64,000 nucleotides of DNA from Leucoraja erinacea (GCF_028641065.1 NC_073391.1:11160001-11224000); one strand, 5' to 3'; shown: positions 49,065 through 61,264, counted from the first letter of the stretch. Program-made: numbers and translations. Notes: a model not told the origin generated them from the letters alone.

Positions 49065-50433
49065 TGTTATTATTGCTATACAACTCTTATCTTGGATGTG
49101 GGTGTGGGTGTGTGTGTATTTATTTGTTTGTGTGTGATCACAACTACTCGATGAACGCTCTAACAGGATTTTCTTTTTACATATTCCAAAAGAGATTCCC
49201 CCCATGAGTCAAAATTCGACTTACCTGAAAATTTCTATCTTTATTTCTTGAGTTATTTATGAAAATGTTAAAAAATTTCATTATAACGTGGAAAATAAAT
49301 GAGCTGATGATGTCACAATGGGTCTGCTCGCTTGGCCTATGCACGCTGTTTTCCACTCGCAGCCTGCTCCGCACCGTTTTACACGTGCTGCGAGTGATGT
49401 CACCCCCCCTTGACTCGCAATGCCCGCGCCCACTCGCCATGGACCCACCCGCTCGCCGCGGTCCCGCCCGCTCGCAGACGGCCCAGCTTGGCCTACCGTC
49501 TGCCCCGCCCTCGAGGTCCTCGGATCCATAACCGCCCGCCCAGCCACGGCCTCCCACAATTCCACATCCACCCGTAGCCCTCTCTCTGTCTCTGCCCTCG
49601 AGCGAACCAGCCCTCCCATGTGATGATGACCCCCCCCCCGGGCTCTCGATTGAAGCCGCTGAACACAAGGTCATTTGGTTGATGCCCACCCCGCTGCCTG
49701 CTTCCCACTACCCTCCTCCTCTCTCCCTCTCTGTGCCTCCGTGTCTCTCTCTGTGTCCCTCTGTGTCCCTCTCTGTGCCTCCGTGTCTCTCTCTGTGTCC
49801 CTCTCTATGCCTCCGTGTCTCTCTCTGTGTCCCTCTGTGTCCCTCTCTATGCCTCTGTGTCCCTCTCTGTGTCCCTCTCTGTGCCTCTGTGTCCCTCTCG
49901 TGTCCCTCTCTGTGTCCCCTCTGTGTCTCTCCCTGTGCCTCTGTGTCCCTCTACATGTCTCTGTGTCCCTCTCTGTGCCTCTGTGCCTCTCTCTGTGCCT
50001 CTGTATCCCTTGCTGTGCCTTTGTGTCCCTCACTGTGCCCCTCTCTGTGTCCCTGTCTGTGTCTCTATGTCCCTCTCTGTGCCTCTGTGTCCATCTATGT
50101 TTAACCCCCTCCCTCTCTAGCCGTGCCTGTGAGTTGAGGGCTATTAACGAGTGGATAGGGTGGGGGATGGGGTAAAAGGAGTGAATGTATGATATTAATA
50201 CAATATCAATGGGGGTGGTTAGTGTGTGTGGGGGGGGGGGGTTGGTTAGGGGGGGGGGGGGGGGGGGGGTGTGTGTGTGTGTGTGGGGGGGGGGGGGGGG
50301 TTTGGTTAGTGTATGTGTGTGTGTGGGGGGGGGGGGGGGTTGGTTAGTGCGTGTATATGACGCCGCGGGTTGCCCCTTGCCCCCGCAACCGTGCATTGAG
50401 GGGATGGGACTCAACGGGTCCCCCTTGGTCTAT
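49065..50433 (+). mobile_element. Non-autonomous Helitron H5 with CpG-rich segment and CT-rich simple-repeat array
   Basis: 5' ACTCTTATCTTGGATG as in H3; 3' hairpin GGGACTCAACGGGTCCC then CTAT (CTAG variant); (CTCTGTGTCC)-like array at 49720-50100. Confidence 0.75.
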
Positions 50434-50444
50434 TAATCTCTAAA

Positions 50445-50575
50445 ATTCCGAAGAAGAGTCTCGACCCGAAATGTCTCCCATTCCTCTCTGCAGAGATGCT
50501 GCCCATCCCGCTGTCACTCCAGTATTTTGTGTCTACCTTCGATTTAAACCAGCATCTACAGTTCTTTCTCACACA
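50445..50575 (+). mobile_element. Penelope 3' repeat unit
   Basis: CCGAAGAAGAGTCTCGACCCGAAATGTC followed by the usual unit. Confidence 0.8.
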
Positions 50576-51493
50576 TACGCTCTGAAACTCTGCTGGAAAT
50601 GGTTCTGTCCTGTTACCATTTAAATAATGGGCACATTTTTGGTTTCAGCAATCTGCAAGGATTCTGTTGATCTCCAAAAGCATGCCCCCCAGGAGTTGTG
50701 CAGAATCCGTCAGAAACAGACAGGCAAGCTGCAACATCATGATTAAATGTTGCTGGGATTCTATCAACAAGCCTTCCTCCACATCTTCACACCATGGGAA
50801 GTGTCATCAATGAGAAAAACATTACTGCAGTTTAATGCTCTGAATAATATTAGACATCTTTCTTATTGGAGCCTATTGCGACTTATTTTGAATTATGTTT
50901 AGCACGTGTTTCTTTGTGATGAAATTGACTATGTCCTTTGATAGTCTTGAAAACCGCTGGGATAAAAAAAAGGCACACATGTCTTTTGGTTTTGTCAATG
51001 GGATTCAAAGAGCATTGATTTATTTGACCCCACTGTTTAGACAGATATGAAAGCCTAATGAAATATTAATACATTTCAGATTGCTACCCTGGGAAGAAGT
51101 AAATAATACTTCCACCTGATAAAGTTACTTGGAAAGAATATCAAGTTTCAAAACCCCTAAGTGGTTGAAAGGTAAGAGTTCAAGTTATATCCACCTTCAG
51201 TAAATTTGAGGTTATCCAAATGTCGGCTGCTTTATCCCAACTCACTCCTAATCCGGCATTGTGATAAAATAATGCAGGTTAAAGTACCAGAACTGAAGTA
51301 CAAAATCCAGGTTGACTGAAGGAATGTGTATGAAGGAACTGCAGATGCTGGTATAAACCAAGGATGGACACAAAATGACTGAGGGATTATTTGAGACCGT
51401 ACCTGTTCTCTTGTATCCACATAAAAACAAACTCCCCAGCATTATTTGAAGACGAGCAATGTTGTTCTGGAAGATATCCTGGTCATGATGTTC

Positions 51494-51792
51494 GGGTGGT
51501 CATGGTGGCGCAGCAGTAGAGTTGCTGCCTTACAGCGAATGCAGCGCAAGGGATCCGGGTTCGATCCCGACTGTTTGTACGGATTTTGTACATTCTCCAT
51601 GTGAACTGCGTGGGTTTTCTCCAAGATCTTCGGCTTCTTCCCACACTCCAATAACATGCAGGTTTGTAAGTTAATTGGCTTGATAAATGTAAAAATTGTC
51701 CCTAGTGTGTGTGGGATCGCTGGTCGGCGCGGACCTGGTGAGCCGAAGAGCCTTTTTCCGCACTGTATCTCTAAACTAAACAAACTCTAAAC
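51494..51792 (+). mobile_element. HE1/V-SINE
   Basis: A-box-like GGTGGCGCAGCAG, B-box-like GGTTCGATCC, core and tail. Confidence 0.9.
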
Positions 51793-51961
51793 CATCTATC
51801 CTTCAACCAACATAGCTCAGAGAGGTTTTCTGACAAAAATCACAGAGTAACTTTGCTGTTGCAATTTAGCTGATATTAATTCTAATTCCAACACTGACCC
51901 ATTAAAAAAAATCTAATGGCCTTTAAAGCACTTTTACCAAGGTTGAGTAAGTTGAGTAAAC

Positions 51962-52000
51962 TTAGTCTGAAGAAGGGTTTCGGCCCGAAACGTTGCCTAT
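51962..52000 (+). ncRNA. Minimal type I hammerhead ribozyme motif (best-preserved copy) in a ~80-bp Penelope-derived insertion
   Basis: CUGAAGA-A-GGGU(UUCG)GCCC-GAAAC-GUU at 51967-51994; insertion flanked by TTGAGTAA repeats; activity untested. Confidence 0.7.
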
Positions 52001-52776
52001 TTCCTTCGCTCCATAGATGCTGCTGCACCCGCTGAGTTTCTCCAGCTTTTTTGTGTACCTTGAGTAAGGTGAATTGTTCTACTTAATCTCTTTGATTCAT
52101 CTACATGATCTAATGGAGGTTTCTTGATAGGATAAACATTACTGATTGCAGCAGGTTAATCTATAAGAAGCCGTTTTATTTGTGCATACATTAATTTAAA
52201 GACATTGTTAACTGTAGGATTTTAACACACATCTGCCCTATTCTTAAAGCAATTTCACATCACAGATATTTTCCTTCTTAATTTGGATGGGTAAACACAT
52301 GAACTAATATATACATAAAATACAGTAAACAGTTATAACAACATTGTGAAAACAAATGTTTCTATTTACAACTTTCACCCATCTGCAACTATTCTTATTT
52401 GTTGAGAACTCAAGCTCAGTTTTGTCCTTGAACATCACTAGGGGATGATAACAACTCATTTCAAGACATACCTCCATTACTACTTCACCACATTCATTTC
52501 AGTAGAATATTAGAAAACTCCTAAATCTGGCAATACGTTTCAAAATGCCAATTCTCTTGTTGCTCCCCCTCTATGATTCTTCCTCCTCTCCAGGATGCCT
52601 TATTGCCACCTTCCACTCAGCCAACAATGAACCATTCTACATTTCCTTGAACATTGTCTGCTTTGATCTGTCATTTTCACACCTTACCCTTCCATATCTC
52701 TAATTTCAATCTCCCTGACTCTCAGTCTGAAAAAGGGTAATCTCTCTCCAGAAATCCTGCCTGTCCCGCTGAGTAA

Positions 52777-52830
52777 AGGGCCCCTTAGTTCTCATTGATG
52801 ATTCTCGTAGATCCAAAAATCTCCAGCCCT
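52777..52830. mobile_element. Minimal Harbinger-like remnant in a Penelope unit
   Basis: GAG-TAA-AGGGC...GCCCT-TTA-CTCCAGC interrupts the unit consensus GCTGAGTTACTCCAGC. Confidence 0.55.
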
Positions 52831-53792
52831 TTACTCCAGCATTTTGTGTCTACACAATCTAATGTTATGATTTTGTTCTACTTTGCTTGTTTGAAGCACA
52901 CAGTAACACTAGGCTCTCACATCACTGTCCACTTTTTCTCATCAGATCAGTAAATCATTTTTTCTCCCTTGTTATTATTATGTATACTGATAATGAAATA
53001 AGAAACTTGCAACATTCAGTCTATACAAATATTTCAATCAAGTCTCCAACCGTCTTGTTTCCTGGTTTGTCTGGAGCCAGCGGGAATTTTGATGACATTG
53101 TGTTTTCGTACCTATGGCTGAAAGTCCCCAAATGGTGCCAAAGGTTACAGGGAAAGGGAAGACAATGGGGTTGAGAGGGAAAAACAGATCAGCCACAGTT
53201 GAATAGTGCAGCAGACTCGATGGGCCGAATGGCCTAAGCCAGCTCCTAAATATTATGGTCTTAATATATAATTTGCAACAATGAACACACAGATCAATTT
53301 AAAGTACCATGTGACTTGGGCCACGGCACAATTGATACATGCACAAAGATCAAACACTTGGAAAACCACTGCTGCTAATTCCAGAAAAAGAACAACAATA
53401 TGTCATGATAGAAAAGCAATAATTACTCCAGAAATCATCCTATTTAGCCAACTTTCATTCTTATAGATAATTATCATGATAGTGGTTTTCTTTGTGTAGG
53501 CAAACATTGAATAAAAGCACCATCATGATTCAGCATGATAAACCATGAGCAGTTCTGTGTAAAACGTTACTTTTATTTATGCATCCGTCCAAGAAAAAGT
53601 TTGGGAAACACAAACAAAGCGTGGAAATTAGATTAACAAAAGAAGCGTCTGTTCGTTTTGTTTGCATATGTTCCACAAAATAAAATCATATTGCACTTTT
53701 TAAAAATGTTAGTGTTCATTTCCTGCTTAAGGCCCACCTATCATTTAACTGCAGAAAAGTAGAATCATATGAGCAAAGTTTTAAGGTAGAAT

Positions 53793-54207
53793 CTTCTTAG
53801 GCCCCATTCGGTCATGGCTGACCATGGGCGCCTCCAGGGTTGGAGGACGCCAGTGCATGACTTTGTTTAACATGGGGAGACTGGTGCACAGACAGCCACC
53901 ACACGGTCCTTGACAGATCTGGGTCAGGATCCAGTGGCATGGAGTCCAAGACGACTTGAGAACCTTTTCTGCTGCAGCCTTCATTCGCCTTCCCAGCCAT
54001 TATGACGCTCCACTAAGGTCAGCCATCATCCTCCGCCTGTTCCACCATTGGGGTCTTGGTTGGCTTGCTCTTTGTCAGAGTCCTCCCCCTTGATCTTACC
54101 GCCATGGGTGGCCCTACCAGGACCATAGCTCCAGACGGCATCGCTCTCAGGATCTCAGGACCACACAAGCTTCTCCACCACGACAAGGTGGCAATTTATA
54201 GAGAAGG
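53793..54207 (-). mobile_element. Bipartite non-autonomous RTE (Expander/Rex3-like) element
   Basis: 5' end resembles RTE/Rex3 5' UTRs as recalled (CCACCTTGTCGTGGTGGAG...GGTAGGG); (GAA)n-type 3' tail; TSD AAGGTAGAAT (53783-53792) and AAGATAGAAT (54208-54217). Confidence 0.65.
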
Positions 54208-54624
54208 AAGATAGAATATTGTGATTTTATTTATTCTGCATTTTAACTATGAGTTTGTAGTTTGTCAGTGGTGTTCGTCCATGTTTGGAAAGATCAGGAG
54301 AGATGGCTATTTATCCCATTGCACTTACAGTGTTTGAGTGTGTGAGCCAAGGTGGTTTGTTAACCTTCTGTTAAACTGTTTCCAGAGCACTTACATGTGA
54401 AGAAAGAAACTGCAGGTGCTGGTATGTACTGAATATCGACACAAAGTGCTGGAGTAAAACAATGGGTCAGGCAGCATCTCAGGAGAAAAAGGCTGGGAGC
54501 AGGCAGAATCAAAGAGGTGGAGCAGTGAGAACATCTGTGAGAGGAGGATAACTTCTTCAAAGTAGGCATACTGTACCTTGAGGAGATTTTGCAGTGGAGC
54601 AAACAGGGTCTGAGAAAAGTCACC

Positions 54625-54813
54625 GTAGACAAAAATGCTGGATAAGCTCAGCGGGTGAGGCAGCATCTATGGAGCGACGAAAATAGGCGACGTTTCAGGC
54701 CGAAACACATTGCCTATTTCCTTTGCTCCATAGATGCCGCCTCACCCACTGAGTTTCTCTAGCATTTTTGTCTACCTTTGATTTTCCAGCATCTGCAGTT
54801 CCTTCTTAAACAT
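54625..54813 (+). mobile_element. Short Penelope-derived fold-back insertion with 14-bp TSD, nested in an older Penelope unit
   Basis: TGAGAAAAGTCACC (54611-54624) and TGAGAAAAGACACC (54814-54827); inverted arms centred at ~54698. Confidence 0.82.
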
Positions 54814-55945
54814 TGAGAAAAGACACCCATCCTTTTTCTCCAAATATGCTGCCTGACCTGCTGAATTACATCAGCATTCTGTGTCTACCTTCGGCACTTA
54901 CTGTACATGTGAGACTTGATTCAGGAGAACTGATGGCAAAGAAACTGCTTCTGATAACATGGAAAACAGATGATGTAAAACAAAGCCCAATTTGCTGTGC
55001 TGGTATCAAGAATTCAAACAATAGATTGGTTTTAAAACCATGTCTGAACTCCTGCTCCCACTCTTTGTTTTTTGGATTGCAAGATAATAGAAGAGTGGCT
55101 GGTGTAAGCAAGTGGATGAATATATTTCCCTCCTATTGGAGCTCTGACCATATGAGTAGTTGATGATTTGTGACATTGCATATCATTCCCTTAGGGTTGA
55201 TTCTCCACCTCAATGTCCTGAAGACCATCTGTACTTGCTCAAGTATAACCAGACATTTACAAGCTGTCTAGGAATTAACAGAAACCTTAAATCATTACTT
55301 CTTAGGCCTGCATTTTATCAGGTGTACTCTTGTGCTCTTCTTTAATTCTATATAGTCAGAATAAACTATCCATTGTTACATGAATAATGCTCTAAATTCC
55401 TAAGGACATAAACGTTAGGAGCAGAATTAGGCCATTCAACCCATCAAGTCTACTCCACCATTCAATCATGGTTGATCTATCTCTCCCTCCTAACCCCATT
55501 CTCCTGCTTTCTCTCCATAACCCCTGACACCCGTATCATTGCATCCTATTGCATACTATTGCTAGACAGCATCTTATTCTGTTGGCATGCTGTGACATAA
55601 AGAATAATGCAGGGAGAATTCATTCATTTTATTTAAGCTTTAATATTTACAGGAAATAGATGATGCACGTTGCCATTAAAGCGGAGAAACAAGGGACTGC
55701 AGATGCTGGTTTACAAAAAAGGAATCGAAGTGTTGGAGCAATTCAGTGGGTCAGGCAGCATCTCAGGAGAACATGGATAGGTGATGTTTCCAGAGTACAT
55801 ACATTTAAGACTTGATTCAGTTGGTTGAAAATCTAATCAGTCTGAAGAAGTGTCCCGATCCAAAATGTCCCCTACCCCTGTCCTCCAGAGTTGCTGATAG
55901 ATCTGCCGAGTTATTCCAGCACTTTGAGTCTTAGAGAAAAAGGAG

Positions 55946-56572
55946 ATAGAAACATAGAAACATAGAAAATAGGTGCAGGAGTAGGCCATTCGGCCCTTCG
56001 AGCCTGCACCGCCATTCAATACGATCATGGCTGATCATCCAACTCAGTATCCTGTACCTGCCTTCTCTCCATACCCCCTGACCCCTTTAGCCACAAGGGC
56101 CACATCTAACTCCCTCTTAAATATAGCCAATTAACTGGCCTCAACTACCTTCTGTGGCAGAGAATTCCACAGACTCACCACTCTCTGTGTGAAAAATGTT
56201 TTCCTCATCTCGGTCCTAAAAGATTTCCCCCTTATCCTTAAACTGTGACCCCTTGTTCTGGACTTCCCCAACATCGGGAACAATCTTCCTGCATCTAGCC
56301 TGTCCAACCCCTTAAGAATTTTGTAAGTTTCTATAAGATCCCCCCTCAATCTTCTAAATTCTAGCAAGTACAAACCGAGACTATCCAGTCTTTCTTCATA
56401 TGAAAGTCCTGACATCCCAGGAATCAGTCTGATTAACCTTCTCTGTACTCCCTCTATGGCAAGAATGTCCGTCCTCAGATTAGGAGACCAAAACTGTACG
56501 CAATACTCCAGGTGTGGTCTCACCAGGACCCTGTACAACTGCAATAGAACCTCCCTGCTCCTATACTCAAAT
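55946..56572 (-). mobile_element. Young CR1 LINE 3' fragment
   Basis: ORF 56131-56544 LYRVLVRPHLEYCVQFWSP...; (AGAAACAT)n tail. Confidence 0.95.
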
Positions 56573-57066
56573 GAGTGTAGGTGGCCTTAGGGGCTATGAA
56601 TTCTCTCACCTTAAACAGCCAAACAATTTAGGGCTTTGGAATTAACAACAACTGTTTATCCTAATTACGCTAGCACCTATTTCCTAATCGCCATCCACAT
56701 GGAAGTGTATGAGTAGAATATTTTTGGTATATTACTAAACATTAGACATTTGTTAGTAAATGATTGTTGCACACTGTGGACTTAAACCTAGGATAATGAA
56801 TGTCAGGGCTCTAACTCTTCAAGGTTCATGTCACCATTAAAACTCATCATAGCAAGAAGTTGTTCCAGTTCACTCGGCTGCAATAGTTGTGAAGGATGCT
56901 CAGTTGAGCTGGGAGATTAAAGGCTGCTGCAGGTAATAGGAGTCTCAAAGGACGGAGGTAGCCTGAGACAGATTTGCCACAATCTCCTTCTCTGAGCTTG
57001 GAATCCCCTCAGTCTCTGCCCTTGCTTGCTTTGAACCAAATTGTTGCAGTTTGTAGGGTCTACTAA

Positions 57067-57376
57067 GGGAGGCACAGTGGCACAGCGGTATAGTTGTTGC
57101 CTTGCAGCACTTGCAGCCTGGTTCGATCCTGACTACGAGTGTTGTCTGTACAGAGTTTGTATGTTCTCCCCTTGGCTGCATGGGTTTTCTTTGAGACCTT
57201 TGGCTTCCTCCCACACTCCAAAAAAGTAGTTTAATTGGCTTGCTATAAGTGAAAATTGTCCCTAGTACATGTGTGGGATAGTGTTAATGTGTGGGGATCA
57301 CTGGTCGGTGCGGACTCGGTGGTCCAAAGGGACTGTTTCCGCGCTGTATCTCTGAACTAAAAAACTAAATTAAACT
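57067..57376 (+). mobile_element. HE1/V-SINE
   Basis: Head, core and tail. Confidence 0.9.
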
Positions 57377-57789
57377 TATCACTGCAGGATGAGGAAGGCG
57401 CCTTGGAATTCCAACTGAAGAGTCAAATCAAGGGTTAAAGATGTTGTTTGCCACAAATACATAGAGTTTACTGAACCTGTAATATCTTTTTTTATCATCA
57501 GGAGAATTTTTTTTCCCAAATATCCTGCAGATCCTCTGAAATAAGGTAGGTAAGTGTGCACTGTGATAGGAAGAACCTGAAGACATATTAATGTCTAGGT
57601 GGAGAGAGATTGCAAATGAGCAGATAAAACACAAAAGGTTAACATACCAGATGCAGTAAGTAGTTAGGAGAGCAAATGGCATTTTGGCCTGTGTTACAAA
57701 GGGAATTGGTGTTCAGAAACAGAGAAATACTGTTACAGTTGTAGAGGGGTGAGAGTATTGCTGCACTGAGAGTGCAATGCACCATCCAA

Positions 57790-58050
57790 TAATCTTTCCA
57801 GGTGAAGCAGCAATTCACTTGTGCTTCTTCCAATCTAGTGTACTGCATTCAGTGCTCACAATGTGACCTCCTCTACATTGCAGAAACCAGACGGACTTGT
57901 GGAACACCAGTGTTCAGATAGCAAGCTTCCAGTTTTTCAATTCTCCATCCCACTCCTCCTCTGCCGTTCCTGACTGTCGACCTTATGCACTGTTATATTG
58001 AGGCCCAACGTAAGCTTGAGAAACAACACCTCACCTCATGCCTGCAACAA
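57790..58050 (+). mobile_element. Decayed Penelope GIY-YIG fragment
   Basis: AATCTAGTGTACTGCATTCAGTGCTCACAATGTGACCTCCTCTACATTGCAGAAACC encodes NLVYCIQCSQCDLLYIAET. Confidence 0.8.
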
Positions 58051-58233
58051 TCATTGAAGATCACTTAATAGATCTTTTTTTATATAAAATCTCACCTGCT
58101 GAATATGGCCTGATCATTCGCAATGCGTTACACAGCCAAATCATGTTTTAAAATGATTTTAGCCACCCCTAATCTGCCATGTCCACCCTCGCTCTATCAT
58201 GGATGGAGACCAAATTCTGCCAAACCTGCTGAG

Positions 58234-58578
58234 AGGCAGGAAACATGTTCCCGATGTTAGAGGAGTCCAGAACCAGGGGCCACAGTTTAAGAATAAGGAG
58301 TAAGCCATTTAGAACTGAGATGAGGAAACACTTTTTCTCACAGAGAGAATGGTGAGTCTGTGGAATTCTCTGCCTCAGAGGGTGGTGGATGTAGGTTCGC
58401 TGGATGCTTTCAAGAGAGAGCTGGATAGGGCTCTTAAAAATAGAAGAGTCAGGGGATATGGGGAGAAGGCAGGAACGGGCTACTGATTGGGGTTGATCAG
58501 CCATGATCACATTGAATGGCGGTGCTGGCTCAAAGGGGCAAATGGCCTACTCCTACACCTATTGTCTATTGTCTATTG
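58234..58578 (+). mobile_element. CR1 3' fragment
   Basis: AGAACCAGGGGCCACAGTTTAAG; (CTATTGT)n tail. Confidence 0.9.
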
Positions 58579-59085
58579 ACACAAGGAACTGCAGATATTC
58601 CATTTGTTTCACCTATTTGCCTCCACCATCTTCTCTGCTACATACACTAACTTCTTTTCTCTCTTTCCCTATTCGGAAGAAGGGTTCAAGGTCCAAAACA
58701 CTAGCTACAAATTCTGCCAAACCTGCTGAGCATTCCAGCATTTTATTTTGTTTTTTCTTTCAGATCCCGAGCACCTGAAGTAGGTGGTGCATTATTTTCA
58801 AATAATATTGAAGTCATATCTGATCTGAGCTTCTATGCGTTCAATGTACAAACTTTGTACTCTTTTGCAATCAATGTAATGAAGATGTGCATATTAAATT
58901 CTGTTGAGCCAGTACAGTTACCTTCAAACATATCATTACATATTTCTACCAATTAATCAAATGTGACTTCAAAATTTCAGTTTTGAAAGAAGCATTTTTA
59001 CAATCCAACTTAAGTTGTTGCAAACATGGCTTCACCATTCAAGCTGTCTTCATCATTTGTTACAATAACGGGCCGCAGTACTAAC

Positions 59086-59960
59086 TCAAGAGAGTCAAGA
59101 GAGTCAAGAGTCAATTTAATTGTCATTTGGACCCGGAGGTCCAAACGAAATGCCGTTTCTGCAGCCATACATTACACACAAATAGACCCCAGACACAACA
59201 TAATTACATTTAACATAAACATCCATCACATAACTGTTATGGAAGGCCAAAAAAACTTATCTCTCCACTGCACTCTCCCCCCCCCCCCCCCCAATGTCAG
59301 AGTCAAAGTCAAAGCCCCCGGCTGGCGATGGCGATTGTCCCGCGGCCATTAAAGCCATGCCGGGTGGTGCGAGGTCGCACACCGGGTCTTGATGTTGGAG
59401 CCCCCGGTGTGCGCTCGCAAAGTCCCGCGGCCGTTCCAGCCGCGCGGGGCAATGGTGTTAAGCCCCGCTCCAGGAGCTCTTCAACCCCGCAACACGGGCG
59501 GGAGAATTCGCCGTTGCAGGAGCCCCGAAAAGCGGTCTCCCTCCAGGGAGCCGCGGGCTCCTGGTGCCGCCGTCCACAGACCTGTCGTTGGAGCCTCCGC
59601 ATCAGCAGCAGCAGCAGCAGCAGCAGCGGCAGCGCTCCTCCACCGCTCCACCCGCTCCGGTCTCGGCCAGCTCCGCGACGGCGACGGTGAGTAGCACCAG
59701 AGTCCCCGGCTTCTTCCTGTTGGAGGCCGCTCCTCGTTGCGGCCTCAACGACACCTGAGACCCGACGAGAAAAAGGTCGGGTCTCCAGTGCAGGGAGAGA
59801 TTCAAAAGTTTCCCCAACCCTCCCACCCCACCCCCGCCCCCCCCCACACACACCCCAACATAAAATAACAAAAACTACATATAAACACAGACAAAAAATA
59901 ATAAAAACGCGGACAGGCTGCAGAGGCCGCTGCTGGCCAGAGCCGCGCCGCCTACCGGAA
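59086..59960 (-). mobile_element. CpG-rich, probably young non-autonomous retroelement with Rex/L2-type tail and internal (CAG)n
   Basis: (TCAAGAGAG)n tail plus ATTTAATTGTCAT like the Rex tails elsewhere in the window; GC-rich body with sharp boundaries; no credible ORF. Confidence 0.6.
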
Positions 59961-61114
59961 CTGTATTGCACGTATTGTATTCCCATTGTATTCCCACTTG
60001 CCTGTGGATCTTCACCAGAACAGGTTTTCAATTTAACAGTGCTTTCTATCAACAGCTGCACTTGCATGAGTAAGTACCTTGGCTTTTTGTCAAATGGTCT
60101 GCAGATGCATTAATTTGCACACCACTGCCCTGGTAGTTAATCAACAACTTTACTTGAGAGTCTGTTGCCATGATTGTTTGTGACATAGATACTGGAGAAT
60201 CTCAGTTCCTCATTGTGTTAAATGTAGAAGAACAGCCTCTTTCAGTTAAGCTGCTTATCTCTGGTCATTGACTATAGAATTAGAGACATTAAGAAATAAT
60301 AATTCGGTAAAGTGATACCTGCATGGTCCGAACTGCTCTCTGGGCAGCATTTATTACCATTCGTTCCACTGGTTTGTTCAACCTACCGTGCCATTTTTTA
60401 AAATTCATATTATTAATATTGGACCTTCTAATGGCTACTTATTTCTATAACACAGTGTGAAAATTTCTGCTGCCTAATATCAGAAATATTTCTTAACCCT
60501 CCCACTCTCTCTGGTTAAATGAGGTTGATCCCAGAAACAATGATGGAACCAGCTCTTCCTGTATCGACTGGATTAATATCCCTTTGCACCATCATCTCCA
60601 GTACTCTGTCTTATCCTCTCTTATACTGTATTTTCAGCACTTTAGGTTCTCATGAAATCTTTCATTGCTATCATATTTTATTACTTACTTATTAGGAGAA
60701 CTATGAAACAACAATGTTTTACATCTCTCATCTTTAGGCGCTTCCTCTTTTATCTGAATTTCAGCTTTGTAAAAACACCATTAGAAGTAATTAATTTTAA
60801 ATCTTTGAGTATTCAAAAGTATTTTACTTGTATTGCTCACAACTAAAATATCCTTTAGTGATTAAAAACAAATGCTTTTTGCTTACGTTTTCTTTTTACC
60901 TGCCAAATAAATAGAGGCAGACATGGGGCACATTTCATCTCCACGGATTTAATGACTTTCTGATTAGGTGTTAAATGATTCAGACAGAGATTTACACAAA
61001 TGCCAATGTTTAGCTTATTGGTACAATTATTTAGATCAAGATGGCACAGTCAAACTACATATAAAAACTATTAAATACACAGAGGCTCATTTAGAGGCTC
61101 AGAGACTGAGACTG

Positions 61115-61264
61115 ACCTCCTCCCTTTCCCCAATCTTTGCACATCCCCAATCCTTTCCACTCATCATTTTAATTTCATGTTTCATGTATTTTGTGTTTTT
61201 ATGATGGTTGGCAGATCAATTTCCCTCCTGGGACGAATAAAGTTATATCGTATCGTATCGTATC
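61115..61264 (+). mobile_element. Short non-LTR 3' tail
   Basis: AATAAAG followed by (TATCG)n. Confidence 0.55.

Noticed and set aside
49671-50436. Long ORFs in several frames (HRERHRG and SLCVPL repeats)
   Set aside because: Simple-repeat array that lacks stop codons by composition
51494-51575. tRNA gene (A and B boxes)
   Set aside because: tRNA-derived SINE head running into the V-core; no cloverleaf
57505-57556. Possible micro-exon (CTGCAG|ATCCTCTGAAATAAG|GTAGGTAAGT)
   Set aside because: Two of three frames have stops, it lies between repeats, and there is no partner exon or homology support
59309-60067. Poly-Q/poly-A/poly-S/poly-L ORFs suggesting a transcription-factor exon
   Set aside because: GC-rich repeat with a retro-type tail; open in many frames; no recognisable domain
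60000-60076. Possible short exon ending GA|GTAAGT
   Set aside because: Peptide unrecognisable; such signals arise by chance in 64 kb
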